Of a stretch of DNA of 64,000 nucleotides, positions 29,266 to 39,291 are shown one piece after another. The position numbers and the translations under genes are program-made. The DNA comes from Dehalococcoidia bacterium (GTDB taxonomy: Bacteria > Chloroflexota > Dehalococcoidia > Plut-88900). Location of the stretch: assembly GCA_965207225.1 (NCBI GenBank), contig CBDBLV010000005.1:1760001-1824000 (forward strand). The letters are read 5' to 3'. The notes below the pieces were generated by a model. That model was given only the letters and a program-made list of their open reading frames with translations. It ran no database searches and had not been told where the DNA came from. Numbering within the stretch: the first letter of the stretch is position 1; the number at the start of each line of letters is the position of its first letter.

Positions 29266-30168
29266 GACTAAAATCTCTATCCGGCAATGGTCGCTTGGCC
29301 CCCATTCTTCGGGGGAATTAAGCGCTCGTACTGAAATTGTGTCCGCAAAGCCCTTTGATGCGAAAACATAATCCAACTGCCGGGTCGCAGCTTCAGGCTT
29401 TCGGGCTGTCGGGTGGTAGGTAGGAACGTTTCTACTGTCAATAGGCAGCTCGTCAGGCCAGGGGTGGGCCTGACGACCATTGGGCGCCTGAGGCCCGAGG
29501 AATGTAAGGCCCAGCGCCTCCATCCTATCGAACACTGTCTGATAGCGCCGAGCCCAGTATGTATTGCCGCCTTCTGCATAACCATACATAAGATTGAGAT
29601 CACCGGCTGCAAGGATGCGATGCTTGAGTGGATCCTCCTGACCAATGAAAGCGGAGAGATCGGAGATGATGCGGTGAACCGTGGCATCGGAATATATCCA
29701 ACTGCTTTTGGTCGATGAGTGAGTTCTCAGCCAGAAGCCATACATTGACACCACAATAAATGGTTCGATGGCCCCGACGCTAGGCGTGACTTTCGCAGCT
29801 GTTATCGTTCCTATGCCGCTAACGGCTATCTCATCAGGCTCGATGGGAGCTGTCGGCCCAACCTGCTTGAACCACTCTACCTTCACCCTGCTCGATAACC
29901 GTACAACCATCGGCCAACGGTCATACAATGCCTTCCATCGCCCGCGCCACCAGTCGGAGTTCCACCAATGCGAGTCCCACGTTTCTTGGGGGCCTATATC
30001 TAGTACGCCGGTGTCTACTGACGGTGGGAGTTTGGAGCCTCGCAACCGGACCACATCATCCGGCGGCGGCGTGGCCTCCTGCAGTAGGGCAACATCGGCG
30101 TCCGACTGTGCCAGTAGACGCCACGGCTGCTGGCGTTTGGCGATATTCCAGCTGATGACCTTGATCAT
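29260..30168 (-). CDS. Endonuclease/exonuclease/phosphatase (EEP) family protein
   Basis: SWNI, LLQE, AGDLN, LDY.F, SDH motifs. Confidence 0.88.
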   Translation of the reverse strand: MIKVISWNIAKRQQPWRLLAQSDADVALLQEATPPPDDVVRLRGSKLPPSVDTGVLDIGPQETWDSHWWNSDWWRGRWKALYDRWPMVVRLSSRVKVEWFKQVGPTAPIEPDEIAVSGIGTITAAKVTPSVGAIEPFIVVSMYGFWLRTHSSTKSSWIYSDATVHRIISDLSAFIGQEDPLKHRILAAGDLNLMYGYAEGGNTYWARRYQTVFDRMEALGLTFLGPQAPNGRQAHPWPDELPIDSRNVPTYHPTARKPEAATRQLDYVFASKGFADTISVRALNSPEEWGPSDHCRIEILVS

Positions 30169-30186
30169 CGACAGGAATGGACCGTC

Positions 30187-30837
30187 CTAACCCTCAGTAA
30201 TCTCCACGCTCTCAATAACCACGTCATCGGAAGGCCGGTCCCGAGGCCCCGTGTTGACCTGTGATATTGCCAGCACCACGTCATATCCCTCCGTCACCTT
30301 CCCGAAAATCGTGTGATTCCCGTTCAGGTGGGGCGTCGGGGCCACGGTGATGAAGAACTGGCTCCCGTTTGTCCCGGGGCCCGCATTGGCCATCGCCAAC
30401 AGGCCCGGCTCTGCGAAGGTAAGCGACCCGACTATCTCGTCCTGGAATCGGTAGCCGGGGCCTCCCGTACCTGTGCCCGTGGGGTCCCCGCCCTGGATCA
30501 TGAAGCCTTCGATGACCCGGTGAAAGATGACCCCGTCATAAAAGTTGTCGCGGGCTAGAAAGACAAAGCTGTTCACGGTGATAGGAGCCTCGGCGGCATA
30601 AAGTTCAATCGTGACGTCTCCGTGGTTCGTTTTGAGCTTGGCGGTATAGGACTTCTTGGAGTCGATGGACATTGCTGGGGGACTGCTGTACTGCTTGATG
30701 GTGACTTCTCCTGTGGTTGAAGTTTGTGGTGCAGGTGTCGCCGTAGGGGGCTCGGAACCCGAGCAAGATGCAATGACTAGGACGACAACCGACAAAGCTG
30801 TCAGTAACAGAACGGGTTTCTTCGCTGGATATCTCAT
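30187..30837 (-). CDS. Cyclophilin-type peptidyl-prolyl isomerase, lipoprotein
   Basis: Lipobox IAS-C; FHRVI.GFMIQGGDPTGTG, AMANAG, GSQFFI. Confidence 0.93.
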   Translation of the reverse strand: MRYPAKKPVLLLTALSVVVLVIASCSGSEPPTATPAPQTSTTGEVTIKQYSSPPAMSIDSKKSYTAKLKTNHGDVTIELYAAEAPITVNSFVFLARDNFYDGVIFHRVIEGFMIQGGDPTGTGTGGPGYRFQDEIVGSLTFAEPGLLAMANAGPGTNGSQFFITVAPTPHLNGNHTIFGKVTEGYDVVLAISQVNTGPRDRPSDDVVIESVEITEG

Positions 30838-30867
30838 TGCTCTATACGGTCATTACACTTGCTGGAC

Positions 30868-31227
30868 CTAGTCCAGGATCTTGTTCTCGCCCGGGAGCAG
30901 GACGGAGATCTGCGAAAAGGACGAGTCTTCGGTTGCCCCGTGCCAATGGATCTCACCGGTGGGAACATGCACTACGTCGCCCACGGTCACTACGTTCTCT
31001 TTATCGTCCGTGGCCAGGATGCCCCTGCCCCCCGTCACGACGATTACCTGGTCCGACTCATGCGTGTGCCGCTTTGTCCGGGCCCCGGGGCTGAAGGTCA
31101 CGTTTCCGATCAGCATGTGATCGGAGACGTCTTTCGTCACCATCCGCTGCGTCGCCACCGACCCCACGAACATCGGGTTTTCCCCCTCGACGTTCTTGGG
31201 CATTTCGTTCATGTTGAATACTTGCAC
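30868..31227 (-). CDS. Cupin domain protein
   Basis: H.H..DQ and HWHGA cupin motifs; AAGGAGG RBS before GTG. Confidence 0.88.
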   Translation of the reverse strand: MQVFNMNEMPKNVEGENPMFVGSVATQRMVTKDVSDHMLIGNVTFSPGARTKRHTHESDQVIVVTGGRGILATDDKENVVTVGDVVHVPTGEIHWHGATEDSSFSQISVLLPGENKILD

Positions 31228-31394
31228 GCTTCCTCCTTGTTGACGACGCCCGGCATTATCGGTTCCGGGCGCCGGGCCTAATGTATTTGCCTCGGCGTAG
31301 AATTGCAAGACCAGGCCCTCCGCTGAACCCCCGCTGAACTAGCCAACCCGTCGAATACCGGCTGATACAATAACCGCCGGAAGGCGCAGTCGAC

Positions 31395-32867
31395 TTGGAA
31401 GACGAACGATACGACGTAATAGTGGTCGGTGCTGGGAATGCCGCCCTGACTGCGGCTCTTTCTGCCCGCGAAGCCGGGGCCCGGGTCCTGGTGCTCGAAA
31501 AGGCCCCGAAAGCGGAAAGGGGCGGCAACAGCCGTTTCAGCGGCGGACTATTTCGTTTCGCATACAACTCCATCGATGACGTTAAAGGCCTGCTTCCTGG
31601 GAGCGAGCATGAAGCCCGGGTGGAGGTCGGAGAATACCCCGCCGACCCTTTCTACACTGACTTGATGAAGGTGACGAAGGGTGAGGCAAATCCGGTGCTT
31701 TCCAGGAAGGTTGTCGACGAATCCCTCCCCACAATGAAGTGGATGTCAGGCCACGGCATCCAGTGGGCATGGACCGGCCTCTGGTCAGTCGCCGGGTCGG
31801 ACGGGGTGAAGAGGTACAACCCCGGAAGCGTGCTGGAGGCAAAGGGTCGGGGTGTGGGACTCGTGGCCGCCCTTTTCAAGGCCGTAGAGCGCGAAGGCAT
31901 CGAGGTTCGTTACGGTGCAGCTGTAACCGGCATTGAAGTGGGTAGATCGCCGGGCCGCGTCACTCTCCGACTGGACGGTGCCCGGGGAGTTGAGCAATTA
32001 TCCGCCAGGGCCGTAGTGCTCGGCAGTGGCGGCTTCGAGGCCAGCCCCGAAATGCGCGCCCGACACCTCGGCCCCAAGTGGGAAAACGTCAAGGTCCGCG
32101 GCACCCGCCACAACACCGGCGAAGTCCTTGAGGCGGCCATCGAGGTTGGAGCCTCGGGCGCCGGGCAGTGGGACGGTTGCCACGCCACACCCATCGACGC
32201 CTTCGCCCCCGACGTCGGTGACCTCAAGCTCACCGACTCCACCAACCGTCTCTCCTACCCTTACGGGATAATGGTTAACCGAGACGGGCGTCGCTTCATG
32301 GACGAAGGCGAAGACCTCGGAGCCTACACCTATGCTAAGGCAGGAGGCCTCATCCTTGAACAGCCTTCAGGTGTGGCCTTCCAGATCTTCGACAGGAAGA
32401 CCGTTCACCTTCTCGAACCCCGCTATCAGACCGCTGAACCCGTTCAGGGCCACACAGTTGATGAGTTGGAGGACGATCTGGCTCTGCCTCCCCAGTCCCT
32501 GCTCAACACCGTCCGGGACTACAACATGTCGGTCTTCAAAGGCCCCTTCGACCCCGCAATCAGGGATGGAAACGCCACCGTTGGCCTGACTCCTCCAAAG
32601 TCCAACTGGGCCCTGCCCCTCAACTCCCCACCCTTTTCCGTCTATCCTGTTACCGGCGGCATCACTTTCACCTTCGGCGGCCTGAAAATCGACACCAATG
32701 CCCGTGTCCTCGACACCTCCGGCGCCCCCATGCCCGGCCTCTATGCCACTGGCGAAATTACCGGAGAGTTCTTCTATCACAACTATCCCGGCGGCTCCGG
32801 GCTGATGCGGGGAGCGGTCTTCGGCCGCATCGCCGGCAGGGAAGCCGCAGGGCATTCACTGGGGTGA
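31395..32867 (+). CDS. tcuA: FAD-dependent tricarballylate dehydrogenase TcuA-like flavoprotein
   Basis: GAGNAA..AA, RGGNSRF, GGFEA, RF.DEG, GITFTFGGL, NYPGGSGLM.GAVFGRIAG. Confidence 0.85.
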   Translation: MEDERYDVIVVGAGNAALTAALSAREAGARVLVLEKAPKAERGGNSRFSGGLFRFAYNSIDDVKGLLPGSEHEARVEVGEYPADPFYTDLMKVTKGEANPVLSRKVVDESLPTMKWMSGHGIQWAWTGLWSVAGSDGVKRYNPGSVLEAKGRGVGLVAALFKAVEREGIEVRYGAAVTGIEVGRSPGRVTLRLDGARGVEQLSARAVVLGSGGFEASPEMRARHLGPKWENVKVRGTRHNTGEVLEAAIEVGASGAGQWDGCHATPIDAFAPDVGDLKLTDSTNRLSYPYGIMVNRDGRRFMDEGEDLGAYTYAKAGGLILEQPSGVAFQIFDRKTVHLLEPRYQTAEPVQGHTVDELEDDLALPPQSLLNTVRDYNMSVFKGPFDPAIRDGNATVGLTPPKSNWALPLNSPPFSVYPVTGGITFTFGGLKIDTNARVLDTSGAPMPGLYATGEITGEFFYHNYPGGSGLMRGAVFGRIAGREAAGHSLG

Positions 32868-32880
32868 GGCCAGAAGCGAA

Positions 32881-34227
32881 ATGAACGAGACCCGGCGCCT
32901 TGCCCAATTCGTCCATGACACCGGCCATGATGACCTCCCGAGAGAGGTTGTTGAGGTGTGTCGAGTATTCCTCCTGGACAACCTCGCCAGCGCACTCGTC
33001 GGGGCCCGGACCCCGTGGGCAAAAATGGTGCAGAGCCTGGGTGAAGAGAACGGAAGCCAGGCAAAATGCTCGATACTGGGCATAAACAAGTCGGTATCGA
33101 TGCCCTACGCGGCCCTTGCCAACGGCACGGCGATCGCCGGCTTCGAGACCGACCAGGCCTACTATCCCGGATCATGTCATCCGGGGGCAGTAGTCCTTCC
33201 CGCCCTTCTTGCCGTCGCTCAGACTCAGCCCATCGATGGTAGGCGGTTCCTGGAATCCTTCGCTCTAGCCTACGAAGCAGTCTGCCGCATAGGTCGGGCG
33301 GCGGGCCGCGCTGTCGAGGACAAGGCCGGGTTTCACGGGCCGGGCACTAACGGCCCCTTCGGCTCCGCTATGGCGGCCGGCAAAGCCCTCGGCCTGGATA
33401 TCGAATGCCTCGTGAACGCCCTTGGAATCGCAGGCTCCCACGGTGCTGGCATCATGGAGTTCGCCCGAGAAGGCGCTATGACCAAGCGACTCCACCTCGG
33501 CAGAGCCGCCCAGACCGGCCTGGAAAGCGCCCTCCTCGCTCAGAAGGGCTTCACCGGCCCCTCCACCGTCCTCGAAGGCGAGCGTGGTTTCCTAAATGTC
33601 TACTCCCCCACCCCCCACCCCACCCTCCTCACCCGTGACCTCGGCAGCGAGTGGGTACTCTTCGGCGTAAGCTGCAAGGCCTACGCTTGCCACCTCTCCT
33701 TCCATCCGGTGATCGATAAGGTAGTTGGATTCAAAGAGGAATCGGGGCTGAATGCGAAGGAGATTCAAACAGTCCGCGTAGCGACAAACCCTACAGTCGT
33801 CCGAAAGCACGGCCAGAAATCCCCAGCTACCATTCTCGGGGCCCAGTACAGCCTGCCCTTCTCCCTTGCCATCGCCCTCCTCCGAGACATCAAAAACCCC
33901 GCCGTCTTCAACGAATCGACTGTCGCCGACGAAGAAATCAGGAGTCTGGCGGGTATAGTCGAGCTTGAATCGCGTGAGATAGATAACGGCCCCATGGCCT
34001 CGATTATCATCAAAGCCAACGGGCAAAGGTCTATCCTGGAGGCGACCGACTGGAAAGGCGCCCCGACCAACCCCTACTCCTTCAAGGAAATCAGCGATAA
34101 GTTCAGGACCTATGCTTCCGGTGTCATTGATGCGGAGAAAATCGAAGAGGCAATCACTAAAATCGCAAGACTGGAGGATGAGCCCGACACCGCCATCCTC
34201 GCCCGACTCCTCTCCCCCGCAACCTAA
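32881..34227 (+). CDS. MmgE/PrpD family dehydratase/isomerase
   Basis: ALANG, HPG..V.PA, GFH, K.LH.G, EGERGF, AQYSLP. Confidence 0.9.
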   Translation: MNETRRLAQFVHDTGHDDLPREVVEVCRVFLLDNLASALVGARTPWAKMVQSLGEENGSQAKCSILGINKSVSMPYAALANGTAIAGFETDQAYYPGSCHPGAVVLPALLAVAQTQPIDGRRFLESFALAYEAVCRIGRAAGRAVEDKAGFHGPGTNGPFGSAMAAGKALGLDIECLVNALGIAGSHGAGIMEFAREGAMTKRLHLGRAAQTGLESALLAQKGFTGPSTVLEGERGFLNVYSPTPHPTLLTRDLGSEWVLFGVSCKAYACHLSFHPVIDKVVGFKEESGLNAKEIQTVRVATNPTVVRKHGQKSPATILGAQYSLPFSLAIALLRDIKNPAVFNESTVADEEIRSLAGIVELESREIDNGPMASIIIKANGQRSILEATDWKGAPTNPYSFKEISDKFRTYASGVIDAEKIEEAITKIARLEDEPDTAILARLLSPAT

Positions 34228-34248
34228 CCCTGTCGCCGAGGATACGAT

Positions 34249-35163
34249 ATGAGCAAAGGCAAAGACTTCCGACGCCTCTTCCAGGAAAACAACTACGTCT
34301 ACAGCACCGGCGTAACCGGAGCCCTGGATGCTTCGATTGCGGAAAGGGTCGGGCTCAAGTTCGTCTACATGAGCGGCTACTCGACCTCCCTGGCCCTCCT
34401 CGCGAAGGCCGACCTCGGATTCCTCTCCTCCACCGAAATGGTCTCCCACGCCGCCCAGATTGCGGACGCCACCACGCTGCCCGTCATTGCGGACGCCGAC
34501 GATGGCTTCGGCAACGCACTCACCGTCATGCGCACCGTGGAAAGTTACGAAAGGGCGGGTGTAGCCGGAATCCACATCGAAGACCAGGTCGCTCCCAAGC
34601 GTTGCGGCCACCTCGCGGGCAAAAGGGTGCTGCCCCTGGATGAAGCCGTAGGCAAGTTCAAGGCCGCCCTCGCCGCCCGACAGGACCCCGACTTCCTGAT
34701 CATCGCCCGTACCGACGCCCGGGATGCCGAAGGTGGCACCTTTGACGAGGCTGTTCGCCGAGGCAAGACCTACGCCTCCCTGGGCGCAGATATGGTCTGG
34801 TCGGAGTTCGGCGACCCTGACGCCATCGGCGAGTTCGAAAAATTCGCCGAAGAAGTGCAGATGGAACGACCCGGCATCCCCTTGGTCTTCAACTACTCGT
34901 CATCCCTCAAATGGGGCAGCAGTAGGAACCGGGTGTCGTTCCGCCAGCTTTCCGACATGGGCTACAAGGTCATCTTGGTCAGCATGGGCTGTGTCCATGC
35001 CGCCATGCACGCCGTATGGGACTTCATGGCTGACCTGAAGGAGAATGGAGAACAGGCCCAGTTCCGTCAGGAAGAAGCCATAAAGGGCCACCCGACGGAA
35101 GACCACCACGCTATGGGCAACATCGCCCTCTACGAAAGGCTGACTAGGGACTACGTCCGATAG
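34249..35163 (+). CDS. Isocitrate lyase/PEP mutase family C-C lyase (PrpB/2,3-dimethylmalate lyase-like)
   Basis: YMSG, DADDGFG, IEDQ..PKRCGH, IARTDA. Confidence 0.9.
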   Translation: MSKGKDFRRLFQENNYVYSTGVTGALDASIAERVGLKFVYMSGYSTSLALLAKADLGFLSSTEMVSHAAQIADATTLPVIADADDGFGNALTVMRTVESYERAGVAGIHIEDQVAPKRCGHLAGKRVLPLDEAVGKFKAALAARQDPDFLIIARTDARDAEGGTFDEAVRRGKTYASLGADMVWSEFGDPDAIGEFEKFAEEVQMERPGIPLVFNYSSSLKWGSSRNRVSFRQLSDMGYKVILVSMGCVHAAMHAVWDFMADLKENGEQAQFRQEEAIKGHPTEDHHAMGNIALYERLTRDYVR

Positions 35164-35166
35164 CTC

Positions 35167-35976
35167 TCACGCAAGCCGAGGCACGATGATGAAGTCGTCG
35201 TGCACTTCCCGCCGGGCTTCGTCCCCCATCCCCTTCACCGCCTCCGACAGCTCCCTGAGATGCTCGATTCCCATTTCCAGCCGGTGCTCGTTCGGGTGCG
35301 TCGGCGCCGACTGCTCGTAGTCGACACCCGGCTCCCTGGTCATCTCTATGTGACAGCCCAGCACCCAGGAAACAAAGCGGGTGCCGGTGAACTCGATCAT
35401 CCTCTTAAGGCTGGCCCTATAGGCCGGAAAGTCCCGAACGTACAACCGACCCGGGTACAGGAAGTCGTTGGTTATCAGGATGGCCGTATCCCGATCATAG
35501 GTCGCGATTCCCGCCACGTCGTGGCCCGGGATCGGGATAAGGTCGATAACCCGGTTCCCCAGGTCAACCGTAGCTGAAGTCTCGGGCCAGGGCTTCATGT
35601 CGAAGAAATCCGCCACCTCCTCGGGCGTGTGCCCGACTATCTTCGTGTTCCCCCGACCCTCGAACTGCCAGTCCCCCGCAAGATGGTCAAAATGTGAATG
35701 TGTATGCGTCACGATGAGCGGAAAATCTCCGCCGACAAGCCCGTCAACCGTCTCCCTCAGGGGGAGCTTCCCCGGCGCCCCTGTATCGAAAAGCATCGCC
35801 CGCTCCGACCCCGTAAACAGGTACATGAAAGGCGCTTCCCAGTGGTCAAGGAGAGATTGTCGCATAATCCACATGCCTTCAGCGTGGCGGTGGACCTGAA
35901 GCGCAGGTTCGTTGGGGTCCAGCCCGTCGACCCAGTGTTCGGGAAAGGGAGTGGATTGTTTGGTTGTCATCTCCAT
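35167..35976 (-). CDS. MBL-fold metallo-hydrolase
   Basis: THSHFDH, PGH, ND, GCH. Confidence 0.9.
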   Translation of the reverse strand: MEMTTKQSTPFPEHWVDGLDPNEPALQVHRHAEGMWIMRQSLLDHWEAPFMYLFTGSERAMLFDTGAPGKLPLRETVDGLVGGDFPLIVTHTHSHFDHLAGDWQFEGRGNTKIVGHTPEEVADFFDMKPWPETSATVDLGNRVIDLIPIPGHDVAGIATYDRDTAILITNDFLYPGRLYVRDFPAYRASLKRMIEFTGTRFVSWVLGCHIEMTREPGVDYEQSAPTHPNEHRLEMGIEHLRELSEAVKGMGDEARREVHDDFIIVPRLA

Positions 35977-36142
35977 TCCTCCTCAAGGCTCAATCGCAAG
36001 GTAAGCGTTCACATGCCGTTATCTTATCGGGGCTGCGGTAAGGATGCTACCGTGACCCGTGAAAGTCGGGACACGAGGGCCAGTTTAGTGATAAAGTCGG
36101 GCCGCAGGGCCCGGTTCACGACCATTCTGTGAGGGACGCCAA

Positions 36143-37327
36143 ATGCGCTTCGATAGCACGCCCTACTACCACGTCGGGGAGCCCTACTACGCCATCGGCT
36201 GGGACGCTCTGATGAAGGAAGTGCGGGAGGAGGCCCGACTCATAGAAGACGCAGGCTTTACCACCATGTGGTTCGCCGAACACCACTTCGCCTGGGACGG
36301 CTACTACAACGCCGCCCCCAACCCCCTCCTCGTTGCTGGAGACCTTATCCCCCGCACCACCACCCTCCGCTTCGGGGCCCTCGGCACCGCCCTCCCCGAC
36401 CGCCACCCCATCCACGTAGCCGAAGACGTCGCCATGCTTGACCTGATGAGTGAGGGCCGCATGGAGTTCGGGATCATGCGCGGCGCCAACAACCGGGCCT
36501 GCATCCAGTTCCACCCCGACGCCGACCGCCGTAACAAGGACGTCAACTACCGCCTCTTCGCCGAATGTCTTGAAATAATCATCAAGGCCTGGACTGAAGA
36601 AGCCTTCACCCACGAAGGCGAGTTCTACACCTTCCCGGCCCCCGGCTGGCGTGAGACCGTTAAGGAGATTACCGGCAAAAGCCCTCTCCACTTCTCGGAG
36701 GACGGCGAGATGGTCGCCCTCGGCCTGCACCCGAAACCCTACCAGAAGCCCTACCCCCCTATCTGGCAGATGGCCGACGCCCTGGACTCCCACCTATTCG
36801 CCGCCGAGCGAGGCTTGAACGTCATGTGCTACTCGCCGCCCGTGGCGACCATCAAGGAACGGTGGTTGGCCTATAGGGATGCGGCTCGGGCGGCGGGCCA
36901 CCAAGTGGACTTTGGTGAGAACCTCGCCGTGATGAAGCCCTGTTTTGTGGTCAAGAGTATGGACGACGAGGCCCTCGCCGCCGCCCGGGCTGGTACCAAT
37001 TTCCTCTTCGACCGATCGCCTCTCGCCAAGGTCGGCCGCCACATCTACATCGCCGAGGGCGAGACCCTGACGGCTCAGGACAACTCCGACGACTGGTTCG
37101 ACTTTCTCCGCCGCAACGGCCACCTCTGGGTCGGCACCCCCGACTTCGTCATTGAGAAAATCTCGGAGCTGGAGTCGGAATTGAACTGCAATCACGTCGG
37201 CCTGTTCTTGAACATCCCGGGCCTCAGCTTCCGGCAGGTTATGGACAGCCTCTCCCTCTTCGCAGAACACGTCATGCCGGAATTCCAGAAATCATCCCCA
37301 ATGGTCGGGGCCCGGGCCGCGGGCTAA
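36143..37327 (+). CDS. LLM-class flavin-dependent monooxygenase
   Basis: WFAEHHF, HP..VAED.AMLD..GR, PYQKPYPPIW. Confidence 0.9.
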   Translation: MRFDSTPYYHVGEPYYAIGWDALMKEVREEARLIEDAGFTTMWFAEHHFAWDGYYNAAPNPLLVAGDLIPRTTTLRFGALGTALPDRHPIHVAEDVAMLDLMSEGRMEFGIMRGANNRACIQFHPDADRRNKDVNYRLFAECLEIIIKAWTEEAFTHEGEFYTFPAPGWRETVKEITGKSPLHFSEDGEMVALGLHPKPYQKPYPPIWQMADALDSHLFAAERGLNVMCYSPPVATIKERWLAYRDAARAAGHQVDFGENLAVMKPCFVVKSMDDEALAAARAGTNFLFDRSPLAKVGRHIYIAEGETLTAQDNSDDWFDFLRRNGHLWVGTPDFVIEKISELESELNCNHVGLFLNIPGLSFRQVMDSLSLFAEHVMPEFQKSSPMVGARAAG

Positions 37328-37358
37328 CCGCCAACTAATTCACGGAGGACATCAATCA

Positions 37359-37808
37359 GTGCAAAGTACAGCCCAGACCGTAGAAGACTACCTCGCCGAG
37401 TTGTCTCCTGAGCGACAGCACGCCATGGGCGAAGTCCGTAAAGCCATCCTCGACAGCTTGCCGGAGGGCTTCGAAGAGATCATGGACTTCGGCATGATCG
37501 GCTACGTTATCCCCCTGGAGACCTACCCCAAGACCTACAACGGCCATCCCCTCCAGTACGCTGCCCTGGCCTCACAGAAGAACTACATGTCCCTCTACCT
37601 CATGTGCATCTACGCCCACGAGGAATCGAGGATGTGGTTTATGGACGAACTGGAAAAGCGAGGCAAGAAGCTCAACATCGGCAAGGCGTGCATCCGTTTC
37701 AAGAAATTGGAAGACCTGCCCCTGGACCTGGTGGGAGAGGCCATTGCCCACGGTTCGGTGGAAGGCTACTTAGAGATCTACGAATCTGCGCGCAAGGGCC
37801 GCAAGTAA
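37359..37808 (+). CDS. DUF1801 (YdhG-like) protein
   Basis: TVEDYL, GMIGY, LASQKNYMSLY, GKACIRFK. Confidence 0.85.
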   Translation: MQSTAQTVEDYLAELSPERQHAMGEVRKAILDSLPEGFEEIMDFGMIGYVIPLETYPKTYNGHPLQYAALASQKNYMSLYLMCIYAHEESRMWFMDELEKRGKKLNIGKACIRFKKLEDLPLDLVGEAIAHGSVEGYLEIYESARKGRK

Positions 37809-37836
37809 CCCCCGAGTCCCCACAAGGAGCCCCGAC

Positions 37837-39291
37837 ATGGCCGACATTCTCGTCACCGGCGCCACCATCATCACCATGGACCCCTCCCGACGTGTCATCG
37901 AAGATGGCGCCCTCGCCATCGAAGCTGATCGCATAGTAGCAGTCGGCCCCCGGGCCGACGTCGAATCCCAACACCCTGCCCCTACCGCGATAGATGCCCA
38001 GCGAATGGTCTGCCTCCCCGGCCTCATCGACGTTCATGGCCATGCCGGCCACGCCCTCGTCAAGACCATGGACCACGACTCCTTTGGCCGTTGGCGGGAG
38101 ACCGTCGAGCTAATCTACGCCGAGGGCACCGACGAAGAATTCTGGTACGCCGAGGCCTCCCTGGCCGCGCTGGAAAGGCTGAAGTTCGGCACGACCTGCG
38201 GCCTCAGCTACTTCGGCGGGGGCCGCATGCTCATCCGCACCGACGACCCCGTCTACGCCAACCGCCACTGTGAAGCCGTTTCGGCGGTCGGGATCCGGGA
38301 GTTCCTCGCCGTAGGCCCCAGCTCCCCACCCTTCCCCCGGCGCTTCACCAGGTGGGACACTAACGGTCAACACGAGTACATGGCCGACTTTGACCAGCAG
38401 ATGGCGTCGACCGAAGAAATCATCAAGTCCTGGAACGGCGCCGCCGATGGCCGGATGAACGTCTGCCTAACCTCCTCTACCATGAACATGACCCGACCTC
38501 CTTATGCAGGCAAACCCATGGACGAGCTAAGGGTCGAAGCGCGCGCAGTCCGAGACATGGCAGACAAACTCGGCGTCCTCCTCACCCAGGACGGCCATGC
38601 CGCCGGTACCATTGCCTTCGCCCACAGGGAGCTGGGCATTCTCGGCTCCGACGTTATCCTGTCCCACAGCGTCGGCCTCACTGACGAAGAGATAGCCATC
38701 TGCGCCGAGACCGACACCAAGATCGCCCACAACCCTAGCTCCCCCAATTCCTACCCCGCCCGCTGCCCCGTCCCCCAACTCCTCGACGCTGGAGTCACCG
38801 TGGCCCTCGGCTCCGACGCCGCCTCCCCCGACATGAACTACGATATGTTCCGCCACATGTATTCTTGTATGCGCCAGCACCGCGCCCAGTTCGGCGAGGG
38901 CGCCTACATACCCCCCGGCAAGGTCCTCGAAATGTGCACCATAGACGGCGCCCGCGCCCTGGGTTTGGACTCGGAAATCGGCTCCCTGGAGGTCGGCAAG
39001 AAGGCCGACCTCATCCTTCTGGACATGGACAAGCCCCACCTCTACCCCCTCAACATGCCCGTGCACCGGATCACTAACTTCGCCGGCGGCCAGGACGTCG
39101 ACACCGTGATCGTCGATGGCAGAATTCTAATGCAAGGCCGAGCCGTCAAAACCGTCGACGAATCCGAAGTCCTGGCCCGCGCCCAATCCGCCACCGACAC
39201 CATGCTCGAACGCACCGGCCTCCACCCGAGCCTCGGCATGGGAGAAGGCTTCTGGGGCCAAAGCCGCTACCCCCGGGCCTGGGACGTATAG
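37837..39291 (+). CDS. Amidohydrolase, MTA/SAH deaminase-like
   Basis: PGLIDVHGH, HNP.S, LGSD, GSLEVGKKAD. Confidence 0.9.
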   Translation: MADILVTGATIITMDPSRRVIEDGALAIEADRIVAVGPRADVESQHPAPTAIDAQRMVCLPGLIDVHGHAGHALVKTMDHDSFGRWRETVELIYAEGTDEEFWYAEASLAALERLKFGTTCGLSYFGGGRMLIRTDDPVYANRHCEAVSAVGIREFLAVGPSSPPFPRRFTRWDTNGQHEYMADFDQQMASTEEIIKSWNGAADGRMNVCLTSSTMNMTRPPYAGKPMDELRVEARAVRDMADKLGVLLTQDGHAAGTIAFAHRELGILGSDVILSHSVGLTDEEIAICAETDTKIAHNPSSPNSYPARCPVPQLLDAGVTVALGSDAASPDMNYDMFRHMYSCMRQHRAQFGEGAYIPPGKVLEMCTIDGARALGLDSEIGSLEVGKKADLILLDMDKPHLYPLNMPVHRITNFAGGQDVDTVIVDGRILMQGRAVKTVDESEVLARAQSATDTMLERTGLHPSLGMGEGFWGQSRYPRAWDV

